Positions 1 to 12,570 of a DNA stretch of 64,000 bases are shown piece after piece. The translations under genes were made by a program, and so were the position numbers. This stretch comes from Takakia lepidozioides (lineage: Eukaryota; Plantae; Bryophyta). Every line of letters starts with the position of its first letter. Positions within the stretch are counted from its first letter, which is position 1. The notes beneath the pieces were generated by a model. That model did not search any database, was not told the DNA's origin, and saw nothing but the letters and a program-made list of their open reading frames with translations. The DNA is taken from assembly GCA_030704615.1 (NCBI GenBank), contig CM060734.1:1302001-1366000 (forward strand), written 5' to 3'.

Positions 1-641
1 AGCAAACTTCAGTGGCGAAGTCTTGCCTAGGGGGTTGTAGCTGGCTAGTGTGGATGGTGCAGGCAGTATATCGCTCCTAGAGCGATCCTCATATGAGGGA
101 TTGACCCGACAAAGTGTCCATTGAGTGTGTATATGTTAGTTACGGAGCGGCTGGGACAGATGACGGGGTGTGTTTGGTCAATGTCTTTGTCAAGGTTACA
201 TTCCGAAATTGTTATACGAATTTTTGGGGCGATAAGTGGGGTGTGGATGTATCGGGCGTCCCTAGATTGGGTTTGGGAGACATGGTGTTTGTGGGGGTGT
301 GTTAGGTATTTGGTGTTAGTTGATTTGTGAAAGTTGGTGAGGAGTTTGCGGTTGTGGGCAAGGTCACAGTCTTCATGGTTCCCGAAGAGGTCTTCTTCTA
401 TTTGCCATGTGTTGTCTTCAATAGGGAAGTCAGCCCATTTACATAGATAGTATGTATCGACACATGTGGCGCCAAAGGCGTCTAGAGAGGTTTGGGTTTT
501 AATGCCATGGATAGCCTCTATAACGAAGGCCTCTGGGTGGTTTGGTTTTGTTGGGTGGGGGTTGAGCGCTTGAGCGGTAGGAGTTGGGGAGATGGGGGGG
601 TAGGTTGGTGTTGACTAGGTGTTGAGAGTGGAGAGGGAAAG

Positions 642-681
<40 letters not shown>

Positions 682-1120
682 TCATGGGTGTTATGGGAGG
701 CTATGAGTCGTTGGAGTATTGAGGTAGTTGGTGCTGTTCTGAATTCCGGGAGGAGGTCTTGTTGGTTGTGAGGGAAGAGTGAGCATAGTAAGTCGCATGT
801 ACAAGAGGCCGTTGGGTGGCAGAATAGGGAGCGGAGGTGTAACAGATATTTGCATGTTTTGATGGTGGTCCGGGAATGTTTCAGGGTAAACTGGCTGGGG
901 GTTAAGAGCCTCACACCCGTGGCAGTGGTAAGTTGGGTGAGGCTAGAGATATTACGTGCTTTGAAGTATGCCAGAATGGGTTTTTTTTGCCATGGATGAG
1001 AGTTTTCAAATTGTGCAAGGAATGGGCTGTGAAGCCATGCACGTTCAAGTGGTGAAATGGTGTTGGGGTAGCCTGGTAAGTCGGTTCACAAAGAACCCAC
1101 TCTGACATTATTTCTGCTTG
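1..1120 (-). mobile_element. Non-LTR retrotransposon ORF segment, inverted relative to the next piece, with a chromodomain-like motif
   Basis: The minus-strand frame is open across ~600-50. At 527-387 it reads FVIEAIHGIKTQTSLDAFGATCVDTYYLCKWADFPIEDNTWQIEEDL. Composition matches the adjacent LINE piece. The left end lies outside the window. Confidence 0.55.
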
Positions 1121-2260
1121 TCCATAATAGTCCCCACACCCTCCTACCCCCGGACTTCTCCACACGCCTTAAACATCTTCTATCTGATACTCATGGCATG
1201 TTACTCACCACCTATACACTCCCATCGGGACAATGTTTCCCCACCAAATCACCGTATAAGCAAAAAATTAACACAATATGGGACAAGATCCCACCCCGCA
1301 CCCTCACCCCCCCCAATGTAACCCCTCATGATGCCCCGCCGGTCTACCTGGGGCCTACCTCCCCCAAATACCCCCCACTCCACTCACACGATACAGATGG
1401 CTCCCAGTCTGGCTCCCTTGCCGGATATGGCGTTTATTATGCCGCCACCAACAAAAGGACGGCCCATCGGCTCCCTCGACCCGCCACCATTCTCCGGGCC
1501 GAGCTTATGGCCATTTTTGAAGCCCTATCACAATTAGCCCTATTCCTGCCACCGTACTACATTTTTGCGGATAGCCTCAATTCACTTTTTATCCTTCGTA
1601 ATCACTTGGCCTGCCCCTTCTCCTACCACCACCACACCGATTGTAACCTTATCTCTGCTATTATCAAACTAGCAATTGCCATCGATAAACCCATCCACTT
1701 TCTCAAAGTACGATCACATACTGGTATTATTGGCAACGAGGAGGCAGACCTCCTCGCCCAGCTGGGGGCCTCTAAACCCCCAGTTGAACCATCGACCTAC
1801 CCCATCCACGTCGCTCATGCACACCCTTTTTGGATGGTCTACCCAGTACCTGACCCTCCATCACCCCCGTCCAATCCGAAACCTCCTTAAAACCCTCACT
1901 AAAGAAGCCAACAAACAAGTCTCAGCCTCTCTCAGCCATACCAAACTACATATCCAAAAATGGACCATTTCCAATGTCCTGCACCATAAACTATCAAACC
2001 ACTTCTGGAACTCCAAAGCCGCCTCTGACGCACAAATAAGGCAAACACTAAAATTTAGCTAGGCCCAGTATATGGGCGATCAACGCAAGCACACCTTCAG
2101 GCCAACCCTATTCCCATCCCCGCACTGCCCACTCTGCTCCCACCTCCATGCTAAACGTGATACATGGCCTCATCTTCTTAGCGAATGCCCACACCCTGTC
2201 TCCACGGGCTATATATTGCTCGTCATAACCACGCCGTATGGCACATCCTCAAACTCCTCC
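1121..2260 (+). mobile_element. Non-LTR retrotransposon 3' region: RNase H, CCHC zinc knuckle and RHN motif (degenerate, truncated)
   Basis: ORF 1198-1890 has RNase H motifs TDGS, RAELMAI, FADSLNS and KVRSHTGIIGNEEADLLA. Downstream are CPLC..DTWPHLLSEC and, after a frameshift, LYIARHNHAVWHILKLL (2199-2259). Confidence 0.85.
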
Positions 2261-3479
2261 TACGACGTAATGAAACTAGGAGTTACTATAGGTGACTGCA
2301 TCTTTGAGGGGCTATCTTTGAGATTCCCTACCGCCGAAGATCTCCCTCTCATGTTGTTTGGCAGGCCGGGACAGGTTGACTCCCCCCTGTGACAGTGTCT
2401 CTGCACCCTCTTCTTGCTCTTTCGCAGGGGACAGGTTTTTGGCCTTCTTTTTCTTCTTCATGTGAGCCGGCCCCTTTGGTTATGCAGTGGGAAGTTGTTT
2501 GGCCGGATTCCCACCCAAGCCGTCATGCTTTCGTTGCCCTGAACCTCCCATGCCGACTGTTGCAGCCTGCGCACCACCTCCCAAATCTGGACGTATTCCT
2601 TTTGTGCATAAGAGTAGTCCAAGGCCTCGCGTCCCCCCACGAAAAGAACGAGAAGAGGTTCATGTGTTTCCCTCGGCCCCCCTTTGGAGACCCAAAAACT
2701 GAATCCCAGAGGAGGTTAGCTATTTCATGAGCATAAGCGGCATGAGCGGAGATCGGTTTTCATGAGCAGAAGTTCAAATTTTGGAATTAAATATATTATA
2801 TATATATATAATGGAATGTGTCAGAAAAATAATGATATAATATTCATTGTGTGAAACTGAAATTGAAGTTCTGGGAGCCGTGCTCATGAAATTTTCTCTT
2901 GCGCTCATGGAAAATGCGAGCGAGATCTGTAAAAATGGCGCCGAATTTCGCGGTAATAGGTTCCGCAACCTTGGAGAATGGCGACGCATTTCGCGGGAAT
3001 AGGTGCCTCCCCCGAAAAATGGTGCCGAATTTTGCGGCTATAGGTCCTTGGCATTCAAGTACGTTGGCCTAAAAATTGGAAATGGTGCCTACGACTGCAC
3101 AGATATTGGGCACTTTTTGGCCACATAACTGGAAATTCGGGGCCATTTTTTCAGACATGGTTCCTAGACATGCTGGGACTTGCCAGTTTCTGGCCCAAAT
3201 TTGGGAAATGCAGCACCATATTTTTGTTTCGACATTGAACTGCTAGTGGACCTCAATCGCCGGACTTTGTAAGCTATAGTCCATAAGTGTCATTCCAGAA
3301 GACCATAATGTGTTTGAAGGAGACATTACTTTAATATTAATGCAGGTCTCATTCTAGGAGTTTTGTCGTGGATTTCATTAGACTGCAAAACAAAGTCTAC
3401 TGCATAAAAATGCAATTGAAAAATATCATGCCATCCCAAGAGCATTGGCAATCCGAGTCTCATTCAACTTGTTGGGAGG

Positions 3480-4530
3480 GTGTCATCTCTTCACTCTTCC
3501 GAATCGCATTGTGGGATATGCAGAATTGTCCAATACGTCTCTACTGGACCTCGCATGCAATGGCTGGGTCTGAGGAATTGGAAATGGGTGGGCCGGGACG
3601 TCTGTGCATTGCACCATTCGAAATCCTGCTGCAGAAAGAGCATCCGCATCATTCTGAGAGAAGGTTGCAACCCGGTGCAACAGGCCAGATGCCGGGAGGC
3701 TCCGGCGTTCCCTGAATGCCGTACTTGGGCTTGCCAAATACACAAGTCATTATGTCATGCCTACAGAACCAAAATGTCTGCGTCACCGCTGCTGAAAATC
3801 TTGCAGTCATAAATCTGCCGCTGAAACAAGGTGCAGGTACAGCACCATGTGGGTTCCTCTGAATCATCTCACCGTAACGTGCTCTCGTATCCACCCGGAT
3901 GGCGCAACACTTCCCTCAAAATGTAGGCATTGTCCTTGTAAATATTCTCCATTGTGACTCCAACACTCTTGTATCGACAATGGGTATGTTGTACTGCGTG
4001 ACGACAGATGGCTCGGAATGTTCCTCGAGCATGTGTCCTGTGCTAAAAGGAGATGGCGATCTTGAACGTGCAGGGCTTGCGGTGCTGGACGAGACGTCCT
4101 GAGGCAACATTACGGGACCACGAGGGAGCGTGCGAATATTCTTGTCAGCTCGCCAAGAATCCTCTCTCGCTAGGTGGCTCGTCAATTCGTCGTCTCACTG
4201 GACGGGTGTGAACATCTCCTTCCAGGTGCTCGCCTCTTCAAAGCAATGGCGTGTCTCGAAGGCCCTCTCGCAAGGCTCCTGCCCACTTCCGAGGATTCTT
4301 GGATCTGGAGGCAGTCTGCATCAGCATTTTCTGCCTGTCCGGCCCCAAGCCCCACTGTTTCCCTTTTAAGAACTCATTGTATCTGGATTGCTGCATAATT
4401 GACCTCACAATGTTCTCCATTGTGGCAATGAGGATGTCCACCAGATGCGCCGCAGAGGAGGCACGCCATGAAGAATGCACTGATTTGGCCATGTTTGTTG
4501 TCGGCATGTCGGTGTCGATATTTCCTGCAG
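3480..4530 (-). mobile_element. Degenerate DNA-transposon ORF (probably SWIM-containing transposase family)
   Basis: Frameshifted peptides MPTTNMAKSVHSSW..IATMENIVRSIMQQ and VPAPCFSGRF..FWFCRHDIMTC look like transposase remnants. Family assignment is tentative. Confidence 0.4.
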
Positions 4531-5693
4531 ATGCACACTCTCAGGTTAAAAACAAGTTACAAATCATGACTACCATAATATTGTAGGGACGTGAAATCGT
4601 TCAACTCACCTCTCGCATTTAGTCGCCGAACTGGAGGAAACGATAATGCCACCATGCAAGCCAAGAAGAAGAAGAAGACTCCGACCGAAGCCGGTGTAAG
4701 TAAGAGCCACTTTGCCTTGCGGCTACTTCCCCTTTTCAGGGGTGGGCCCTATGTAAAGATCAAGGCCCAGGGGACACCCTAGGACAGATGGGGAGAGTGG
4801 TATCAGTGGTGCGGGGGGTACCATTTGGTATCCATGGGCCCCATGGGTACCAGTGGTACCCAGAGGCACATCGGGCATCTAGGAAGCGGGAGGGGATACT
4901 GGATTCGAGTTGTCATTTGTTGGTGATGATAGCAATGAGGGATCTGAGCGCGGTGAGGTGTATGGCTTTGAAGCATTTATGAATAGAGGTGGTAGGGATT
5001 TGAAAATTGTTTTGAAGGGCAGAGATGCTGGCATTATGGATGCCTCCTCTAGTGCCAGCAGTTATGACAGTAAGTGGGCCGCACCCCCGTCTGCAAATGG
5101 CAAGGATTAATGGTGCACATTTTTGGCATTTTTCTAGGGTGGAGGAGTTAGGGAAGCGGTTGCGGCAGTACGTGAATTCTATAAAATGTATGTTGATGTC
5201 TGATGATGGTACAGGGGGGGGGGGGGGGGGGGGGGTTAATGGGGAGGCCTTGGACTAGGAGAAAGTCCGGGCATAGTCTAACGGGGCATGTGCGTGATGA
5301 GTTAGGTTGACATATACAGGGGATTTTCCAAGTAGGTACTGTATGGTCTAAGGACCGACCTTGGTTCGTGCCGGCGTTGATGAGTAATGACAGAAGGCCA
5401 AGGAGAAGGCCAGAGAACAGCCGGATAGTACAGAGACACTTGAGAGAGCCAAGCAGAAGACAAAAGAAATGGGACCTACCGCCTGTTTTGGATTCTGACG
5501 ACCTTATTCACTGTTGTTTTCTTTTTCTGTAGGTACATTGTAGAATAAAACTATAATCAACCCTAAAGAAAAGGATCAATCAGTCTAGAGTTCGTTCGTT
5601 GGGGAAAGCACTAATACGACTAATACATAATGATGCCCTGCTACTCTATTTCTCTTCATTCTCCCCTCTGAAGACGTTCTACCATTACTTACC

Positions 5694-5984
5694 TCAATCT
5701 ATAGCAACTAAGATCCTACCAGTTTCAATGATACTTCCTCCACTCTCTATCAACTCTGTCCCATTGTATGAGATCAAATACCATTGTTCATCTACTACTC
5801 TTCTCCAGTAATCTCTCTGATACAAGGTCAACAGCTTTCGATACCATCCTTTATTTACCAACCATAAATTGATTATCTCTTTGTCACTACATTGCAATCT
5901 TTTAAAAATATCTAGTGACAGACTATTAGGCAGTCCAGTAATTAGTTTTACAGGATATGCTATCCGTTCTTTTCCACAAATCAC
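5694..5984 (-). pseudogene. Short ORF with an F-box-like motif (copy 2)
   Basis: LITGLPNSLSLDIFKRLQCSDKEIINLWLVNKGWYRKL fits the LxxLPxxLxxxIxxRL..VxKxW F-box pattern. Confidence 0.5.
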
Positions 5985-6123
5985 TATCGATCACTCTTTA
6001 CCACCAATTCTGTTTCTCCAGTTGCTCCAGGGATTTTCCCTCACCAAAATTATGATTCCATTCTCTCATAAGTTCAGGATAGCCTTCAAATGGTCGATAC
6101 CACTTCTGCAACCAACTATGCTT

Positions 6124-6306
6124 CTAATAACAACTCATGTATAAGATGGATATCTCTCTATACCATCCTTTATTGACTAATTGCAATAAGAATACTTCTT
6201 TATCGCTACAACAAAGCTTCTGAAAGATTATTATGGATAAATGATCTGGTAATCCAGTGATCAACTCTGATACTTCTTTTATTCCCTCATCATTGCTTTC
6301 TGCCAT
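6124..6306 (-). pseudogene. Short ORF with an F-box-like motif (copy 1)
   Basis: LITGLPDHLSIIIFQKLCCSDKEVFLLQLVNKGWYREI, paralogous to 5694-5984. Confidence 0.5.
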
Positions 6307-7699
6307 GCAAATGATTTTACTTCACTGTTGTGCTCCTACCATTAATCCAATTGAAGACTCCATATCTTTGTTTCCTTAATCTGCTCCTTCTTGAGCTTTG
6401 GATATCCAACTATCGATATTTCTCTTGGTAGACCAAAAACTAATTCTCACACTAAATTCTTATCTTTTTCATTTGTGCGCATTCTCACCATCTCATATAA
6501 TTATGGTTCTTCAGCTCTTACACACAGAATCACATTCTCATTCCATCACTATTCTTCACCCATACACAAAGTGAATTGCACTTCCTTTTTCTCCTTTTTC
6601 TCTTCTATTCATAAATCACAACATTGCAAGAACGCAGTACTAAATCTACCATTGCAGAATAACTCTATAGTCTATCTTCTGCTCACTCTACTCTCCCTAC
6701 TCCGGTCACAGCTCTCTGGCTCAACTGACCCTGTCTACTTCTCATAAACGCAATATATAGCAGAGCGCTCCAACGACTGTAATAACCGCTCAAACTCCTT
6801 CATCCATCCTTTACAATTATTCAACCATTTCTTCTATCATTCAGTCCAGGATAGACTATCGGCTGCATACAAGATATCGAAGAACGCTACTCTATCGCAG
6901 CAATATCGAAGGTATCGCAGAATATATCGATGAAAAAGATATTAAAAAGTTCTAAAAATTGTCACTAAGTCATAAATTCCTATTATTCTACATACATGAA
7001 GCTCGACCTTTTGGACAAAGGTGCGCTTGCCAGAGATCCTCCATTCTTCTTGGCATGGCGAAGTCCTGGCCCCGACTCCATGTACACCGCGGATATGGTG
7101 AAGTCCAGTGGTATCTAGAGCATTTGCGCGACTGCCCTTGGTATCTGGACCTTCCGGCCGGCATGCTCAGCCCTTCAGAGTGTCAATTGAAGGTGGATGT
7201 AGAGGCCCGCCGAAATCGAGCTCCACTGGCTCCCCTGTGTCCTCAGGAGGCCAAGTCGCGTAAAGAGGCCTTGCTTGCATAGGCTGGCATGCAGTCCAAG
7301 CTGGAGGAGAAGGCAAAGGGGGTGAAGAAAAGGACCAGGGAACAGGGGAAGGAGCCAATCACCCCAAAGAAGTAGAAAATCAAGGAGGTTCGGGAGGTGG
7401 CACAGGAAGGGGTAGCTCGTGACTCGGACAACGACTTTGCCCAAGGCCTTGGTCCTAGTCCTGCCAGGGATGCCTCGGCGTGAGCCTGGTCACGTGAGCG
7501 CGTGAGCGCAACTGCGCTCACGCCACGTCACCTTGCGCCAATGCCACATCACGGGGCTCACTCCACGTCATCACACTTGAAGACCGCGTCACCACGCGCC
7601 CAGGAAGAAGTGGAGTGTATTCCCGCGGATTGGCACCCTTTACCGTGGAAACAAGTCGGACGACATAATAAAAGGCAGTGGTCATTCCCACCTGAAAGC

Positions 7700-8022
7700 A
7701 ACAGATGGATGAATGTACAGTTGGATGAAAACATATGGATGAGTGTGAAAAATGAATGTAGATGGATGAATGAGGGATGGATAAGAGTCAAATGGATGAA
7801 TGTATAATGGATGTTGAGCAATGGAAAACATTCATGACAGGAAGATGCATGACTAAAACTTTAGACGAATACACAACGTATATGACATGAGTGTGGTAGG
7901 TTTGTGGGGTGGATTAAAGAGTACAGAGGATGAATGTACAATGGATGTTGAACAAAGGAAAACATTCATGAATGGAGCACGCATGAATACACTGTAGATG
8001 AAAGCACAATGGATATGACAAG
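7700..8022. repeat. Degenerate (T)GGATGAA-rich repeat; target of the first CACTA insertion
   Basis: Repeated ATGGATGA(A) motifs. The joined empty site (GATATGACAAG|AGTGAGGGAGGTTTGTG) resembles the neighbouring unit at 7880-7906. Confidence 0.7.
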
Positions 8023-8499
8023 CACTAGAAGCATTCGTGTCTTTTCCGAATCGACTGGGTGTCCGCCAACCACTCCGGGAACCACTTGGCAGTAAGCGGG
8101 ACTACTAGAGAGTCGAAACGGACAATGTGGGCCCACGGGGGCATTTCAGACGGCGGGCAGAAGTGGGGTCAACGACTCCGGAGTCGTAGCAAAAATCCGG
8201 GCTATTTAATTAATTACGGAAATACGTAAAATTTGAAAAAACGGAAATTCCAAGTGGTTCTAATTACTGCACATGCGACTAGAAATTTTCATTCATAATT
8301 TGATTAATGGAATAAAGATATTTATTCATTAAAGTGAATATGTAGTGACTCAACGACTCCATGAACCACTGCGCATTGATTGCACCCGTGATTCGGGGCC
8401 ACATTTGCTTACGTGTGTTTCACAAGAACAGGTAAAGAAAATGTGGCCTTGGGGGAATAGATATTTTAATATGTACTGCCTCCACCTGGAAGTGACATG

Positions 8500-11400
8500 G
8501 AAGGTCCATGGTCCAGCTTGTAGGGTTTGTCGTTCTGAACACCGCCCTAGTGGACATGTATGCTGAATGCGGGAGCATTGAAGATGCGAAGGTAGTGTTC
8601 GATTGTGGCTCAATGAGATGTGGTGTCGTGGAGTGCGATGATCGCATTGGCAACAAGGCAAGGATGTATGCATGATTTGTGCAGAGGCAGTGATAGCTGA
8701 AGGAGCAGGATATAGTGTGGGTCCATATTCATCCAAGAGGGTCGGATTTCAAGCTCCAGATTACCTATGGATCCCTGTGGAAGGATAGCTACAAGAAACC
8801 TCCATGGGTACATGGTCAGCTGGAAGCGGCAGCTGTAGCGGCACAGTTGATAAAATCAGGCACCTCAACCATGACCACAGCTTCTGGAAGAGGATCAAGA
8901 GAGGGAGTCCACAATGCCTCTTCTGGCACTTATGGCATGTGAAGATGCTTTATGAGGCAGGCAGACTGAAAGAGGCTCTACAGATTTTAAACAGAGGCAT
9001 TTCAGCAGATGTAGATACGTATGTGTGTCTCTTGCATAAGTGCATCAAGATGAAAGGCCTAGAAGTTGGAAAGCAGGTGCACACTCACATTGTCCAAAGT
9101 GGATTCACGCCGAACGTTTTTCTACTCAATAACCTTGTCAACATGTATGTTAAGGGGAGCATCATGGATGATCACCAAGTGTTCAACACAGAATGCCTCA
9201 ACGATCTTTAATCACGTGGAATATAATGTTGGCAGGATTACCAAGCATGGGCATGGTACGAATGCTTTGGAGACCTGTGAGCAAATGCGCGAAGGGGTGA
9301 ACCCCAACCACATCGTGTTTGTATGTGTTTGCAATGCATGTGCAAGCCTGGAAAAGGGGAACGAGGTCCATGGTGACATCGGTCAAAGCTGGAATTGCAC
9401 CGGATGTCATTCTGAACACTGCCCTGACCTGGACATGTATGCCAAATGTGGATGCATTGAGGATGCAAAGGGAGTTTTCGACACTATGGCTAAACGAGAT
9501 GTGGTGTTGTGGAGTGCGATGCTTGCAGGGTATGCACAACAGGGACGTGGGATGGAGGCTTTGGAGACCTATGATCCAATGATGGGGGAGGGGGTGAAGC
9601 CCGGCCACTTTGTGTGCATTTGCAATGCTTGTGCAAGCCTGGCAGCCCTGGACAAGGGCAAAGAGGTGCATGGGGATATCATCAAAGCTGGAATTGTACC
9701 AAATGTCACTCTGAACACTGCCCTGGCAGCTCTGGAAAAGGGGAAAGAGGTCCATGGCGACATCTTCAGAGCTGGAATTGTACCAAATGTCAGTCTGAAC
9801 CATACCCTGGTGGACATGTATGCGAAATGTGGTGCATCGAGCCTGGACGAGGGCAAAGAGGTGCATGGGGTATCATCAAAGTGGAATTGTACCAAATGTC
9901 ATTATGAACACTGCCCTGGCAGCTCTGGAAAAGGGGAAAGAGGTCCATGGCGACATCTTTAGAGCTGGAATTGTACCAAATGTCATTCTAAACCATACCT
10001 TGGTGGACATGTTTGCAAAATGTGGGTGCAAAGGGATCTAGGATCTAGGATGCAAAGGGAGTGTTCGACACTATGGCTGAACGAGATGTGGTGTCGTGGA
10101 GTGCGATGCTTGCAAGGTATGCACGACAGGGACGTGGGATGGAGGCTTTGGAGACCTATGAGCAAAGGATGGGGGAAGCACATCATGTTTGTGTGCATTT
10201 GCAATGCTCATGCAAGCCTGGCAGCCCTGGAGACGGGCAAGAGGTGCATGGGGATATCATCAAAGCTGGAATTGTGCCAAATGTCAATCTGAACACTGCC
10301 CTAGCAGCTTTGGAAAAGGGGAAAGAGGTCCATGGCGACATCTTCAGAGTTGGAATTGTACCAGATGACATTCTGAACAATACCCTAGTGAACATGTTTG
10401 CAAAATGTGGGTGCATCTAGGATGCAAAGGGAGTGTTCGACACTATGGCTGAACGACATGTGGTGTCGTGGAGTGCGATATGATGTGCTTGCAGGGTATG
10501 CACAGCGGGGATGTGGAATGGAGGCTTTGGAGACCTATGAGCACATCATGTTTGTGTGCATTTGCAATGCTTGTGCAAGCCTAGCAGCGGGCCTGGAGTA
10601 GGCAAAGAGGTGCATGGGGATATCATCAAAGCTAGAATTGTACCAAATGTCAATCTGAACACTGCCCTGGCAGCTTTGGAAAAGGGGAAAGAGGTCCACA
10701 TGGCAACATCTTCAGAGCTGGAATTGTACCAAAGTGAATGCCTGTCAGATTACCAGATGCAAAGAGGTGCATGGTTGCATCGCCAAAGGCAGCAGCTGCA
10801 GCGGCACAGTTGATAAAGTCAGGCACCTCAACCATGACCACAACTTCTGGAAGAGGATCAAGAGAGGGAGTCCACAATGCCTCTTCTGGCACTTATGGGC
10901 GTGTGAAGATGCTTTGTGAGGCAGGCAGACTGAAAGAGGCTCTACTGACTTTAAACCAAGGAGGCATTTCAGCAGATTCAGATACGTATGTCTGTCTCTT
11001 GCATAAGTGCATCAAGATGAAAGGCCAAGTGAAGCTAGAAAGCAGGTGCACACTCATATTATCCAAAGTGCATGCCAAATATTTTTCTAGTCAACACCCT
11101 TGTCAACATGTATGTTATGTGCGGGAGCATCATGGATGCTCACCAAGTGTTCAACAGAATGCCTCAACGATCTTTCATCACGTGGAACACGATGCTTGCA
11201 GGGTGTGCACAGCAGGGGCGTGGTATGGAGGCCTTGGAGAATGTGGTGAGGGCACCTTCTTCTTCGACCTATTTCAGCCTGTTTTTCCCTCTCATCAGAC
11301 TCGGCCCTGAATTTTCATATTGAATTGTCAAGGACAATGTGGTGAGGGCACCTTCTTCTTCGACCTATTTCAGCTTGTTTTGCCCTCTCATCAGACTCGG

Positions 11401-12570
11401 CCCTGAGATGCATATTGAATTCTGTAAGTTAGCTCGTTAGGAGGATCTGTGGTGGTTTGAAATGACTATGACAAGTAACTGCCGATGTGGCAGCAGGAAA
11501 GTATCCAAAACAGATAACAGAGATGAGGAGAAGGTGTGGAATGAATACTTTGTTGACCCCAGTGAATGGTGGAACAACCGAGGCAAAAAGTTGAATGCCT
11601 ATTAGATGACAGAGAGTAGCAGACGCAATTCAGCATAGGAACTAGTGTGATTGGGTGTTTCCTAGGTTGTCATTGTCAGCTACTAGCAGCAAGGGCAAAG
11701 ATGAATGCATGATTTGTGCAGAGGCATGGATAGCTGAAGGAGAAGGGATAGAGTGTGGGTCCAGATTCATCCAAGAGGGCCGGACTTCAAGCTCCACATT
11801 ACCTGTGATTCCATGTGGATCAATAGCTACAAGAAAAAATGGGTAGATGGTCAACTAAAGGCAATAGCTGCAGCGGCACAGTTGATAAAATCAGGCACGT
11901 CCTCAACCATGACCGCAGCTTCTGAAAGATGATCAAGAGAGGGAGTCCACAATGCCTTTTCCGCGGGGCATGTGAAGATGCTTTGTGAGGCAGGCAGACT
12001 GACAAAGGCTCTAGGTCTGGAAGCTAGAATCAGGTGCACACTCACATTATCCAAAGTGGATTCATGCCAAATGTTTTTTCTACTCGACACCCTTGTCAAC
12101 ATGTATGTTAAGTGCGGGAGCATCATGGATGCTCGCCAAGATTTCTACAGATGCCTCAGCGATCTTTGATCATGTGGAATATAATGTTGGCAGGATTTAC
12201 CAAACATGGGTGTGGTAGGAATGCTTTGGCGACCTATGAGCAAATGTTGCGCAAAGGGGTGAAGCCCAACCACATCACGCTTCCGCATATTTGCAATGCG
12301 TGTGCAAGCCTAGGACCTCTGGAAAAGGGGAAAGAGGTCCATGGTGACATCGTCAAAGCTGGAATTATACCAGATGTCATCCTGAATACTCCCCTGGTGG
12401 ACATCTATGCCAAATGTGGGTGCATTAAGGATGCGAAGGGAGTTTTCAACACTATGGCTGAACCAAATGTGGTGTCATGGAACGCGATGCTTGCAGGGTA
12501 TGCACAGCAGGGACATGGTATGGAGGCTTTGGAGACCTATGATCAAATGATGGGGGAAGGGGGGGGGCAC
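8500..12570 (+). pseudogene. Fragmented, rearranged PLS-class pentatricopeptide repeat (PPR) sequences
   Basis: Recurrent motifs [86 protein letters not shown].LN, with many frameshifts and stops. Confidence 0.93.

Noticed and set aside
645-679. Poly-G tracts (also 5215-5235) as G-quadruplex regulators
   Set aside because: They are homopolymer expansions within decayed repeats, with no supporting context.
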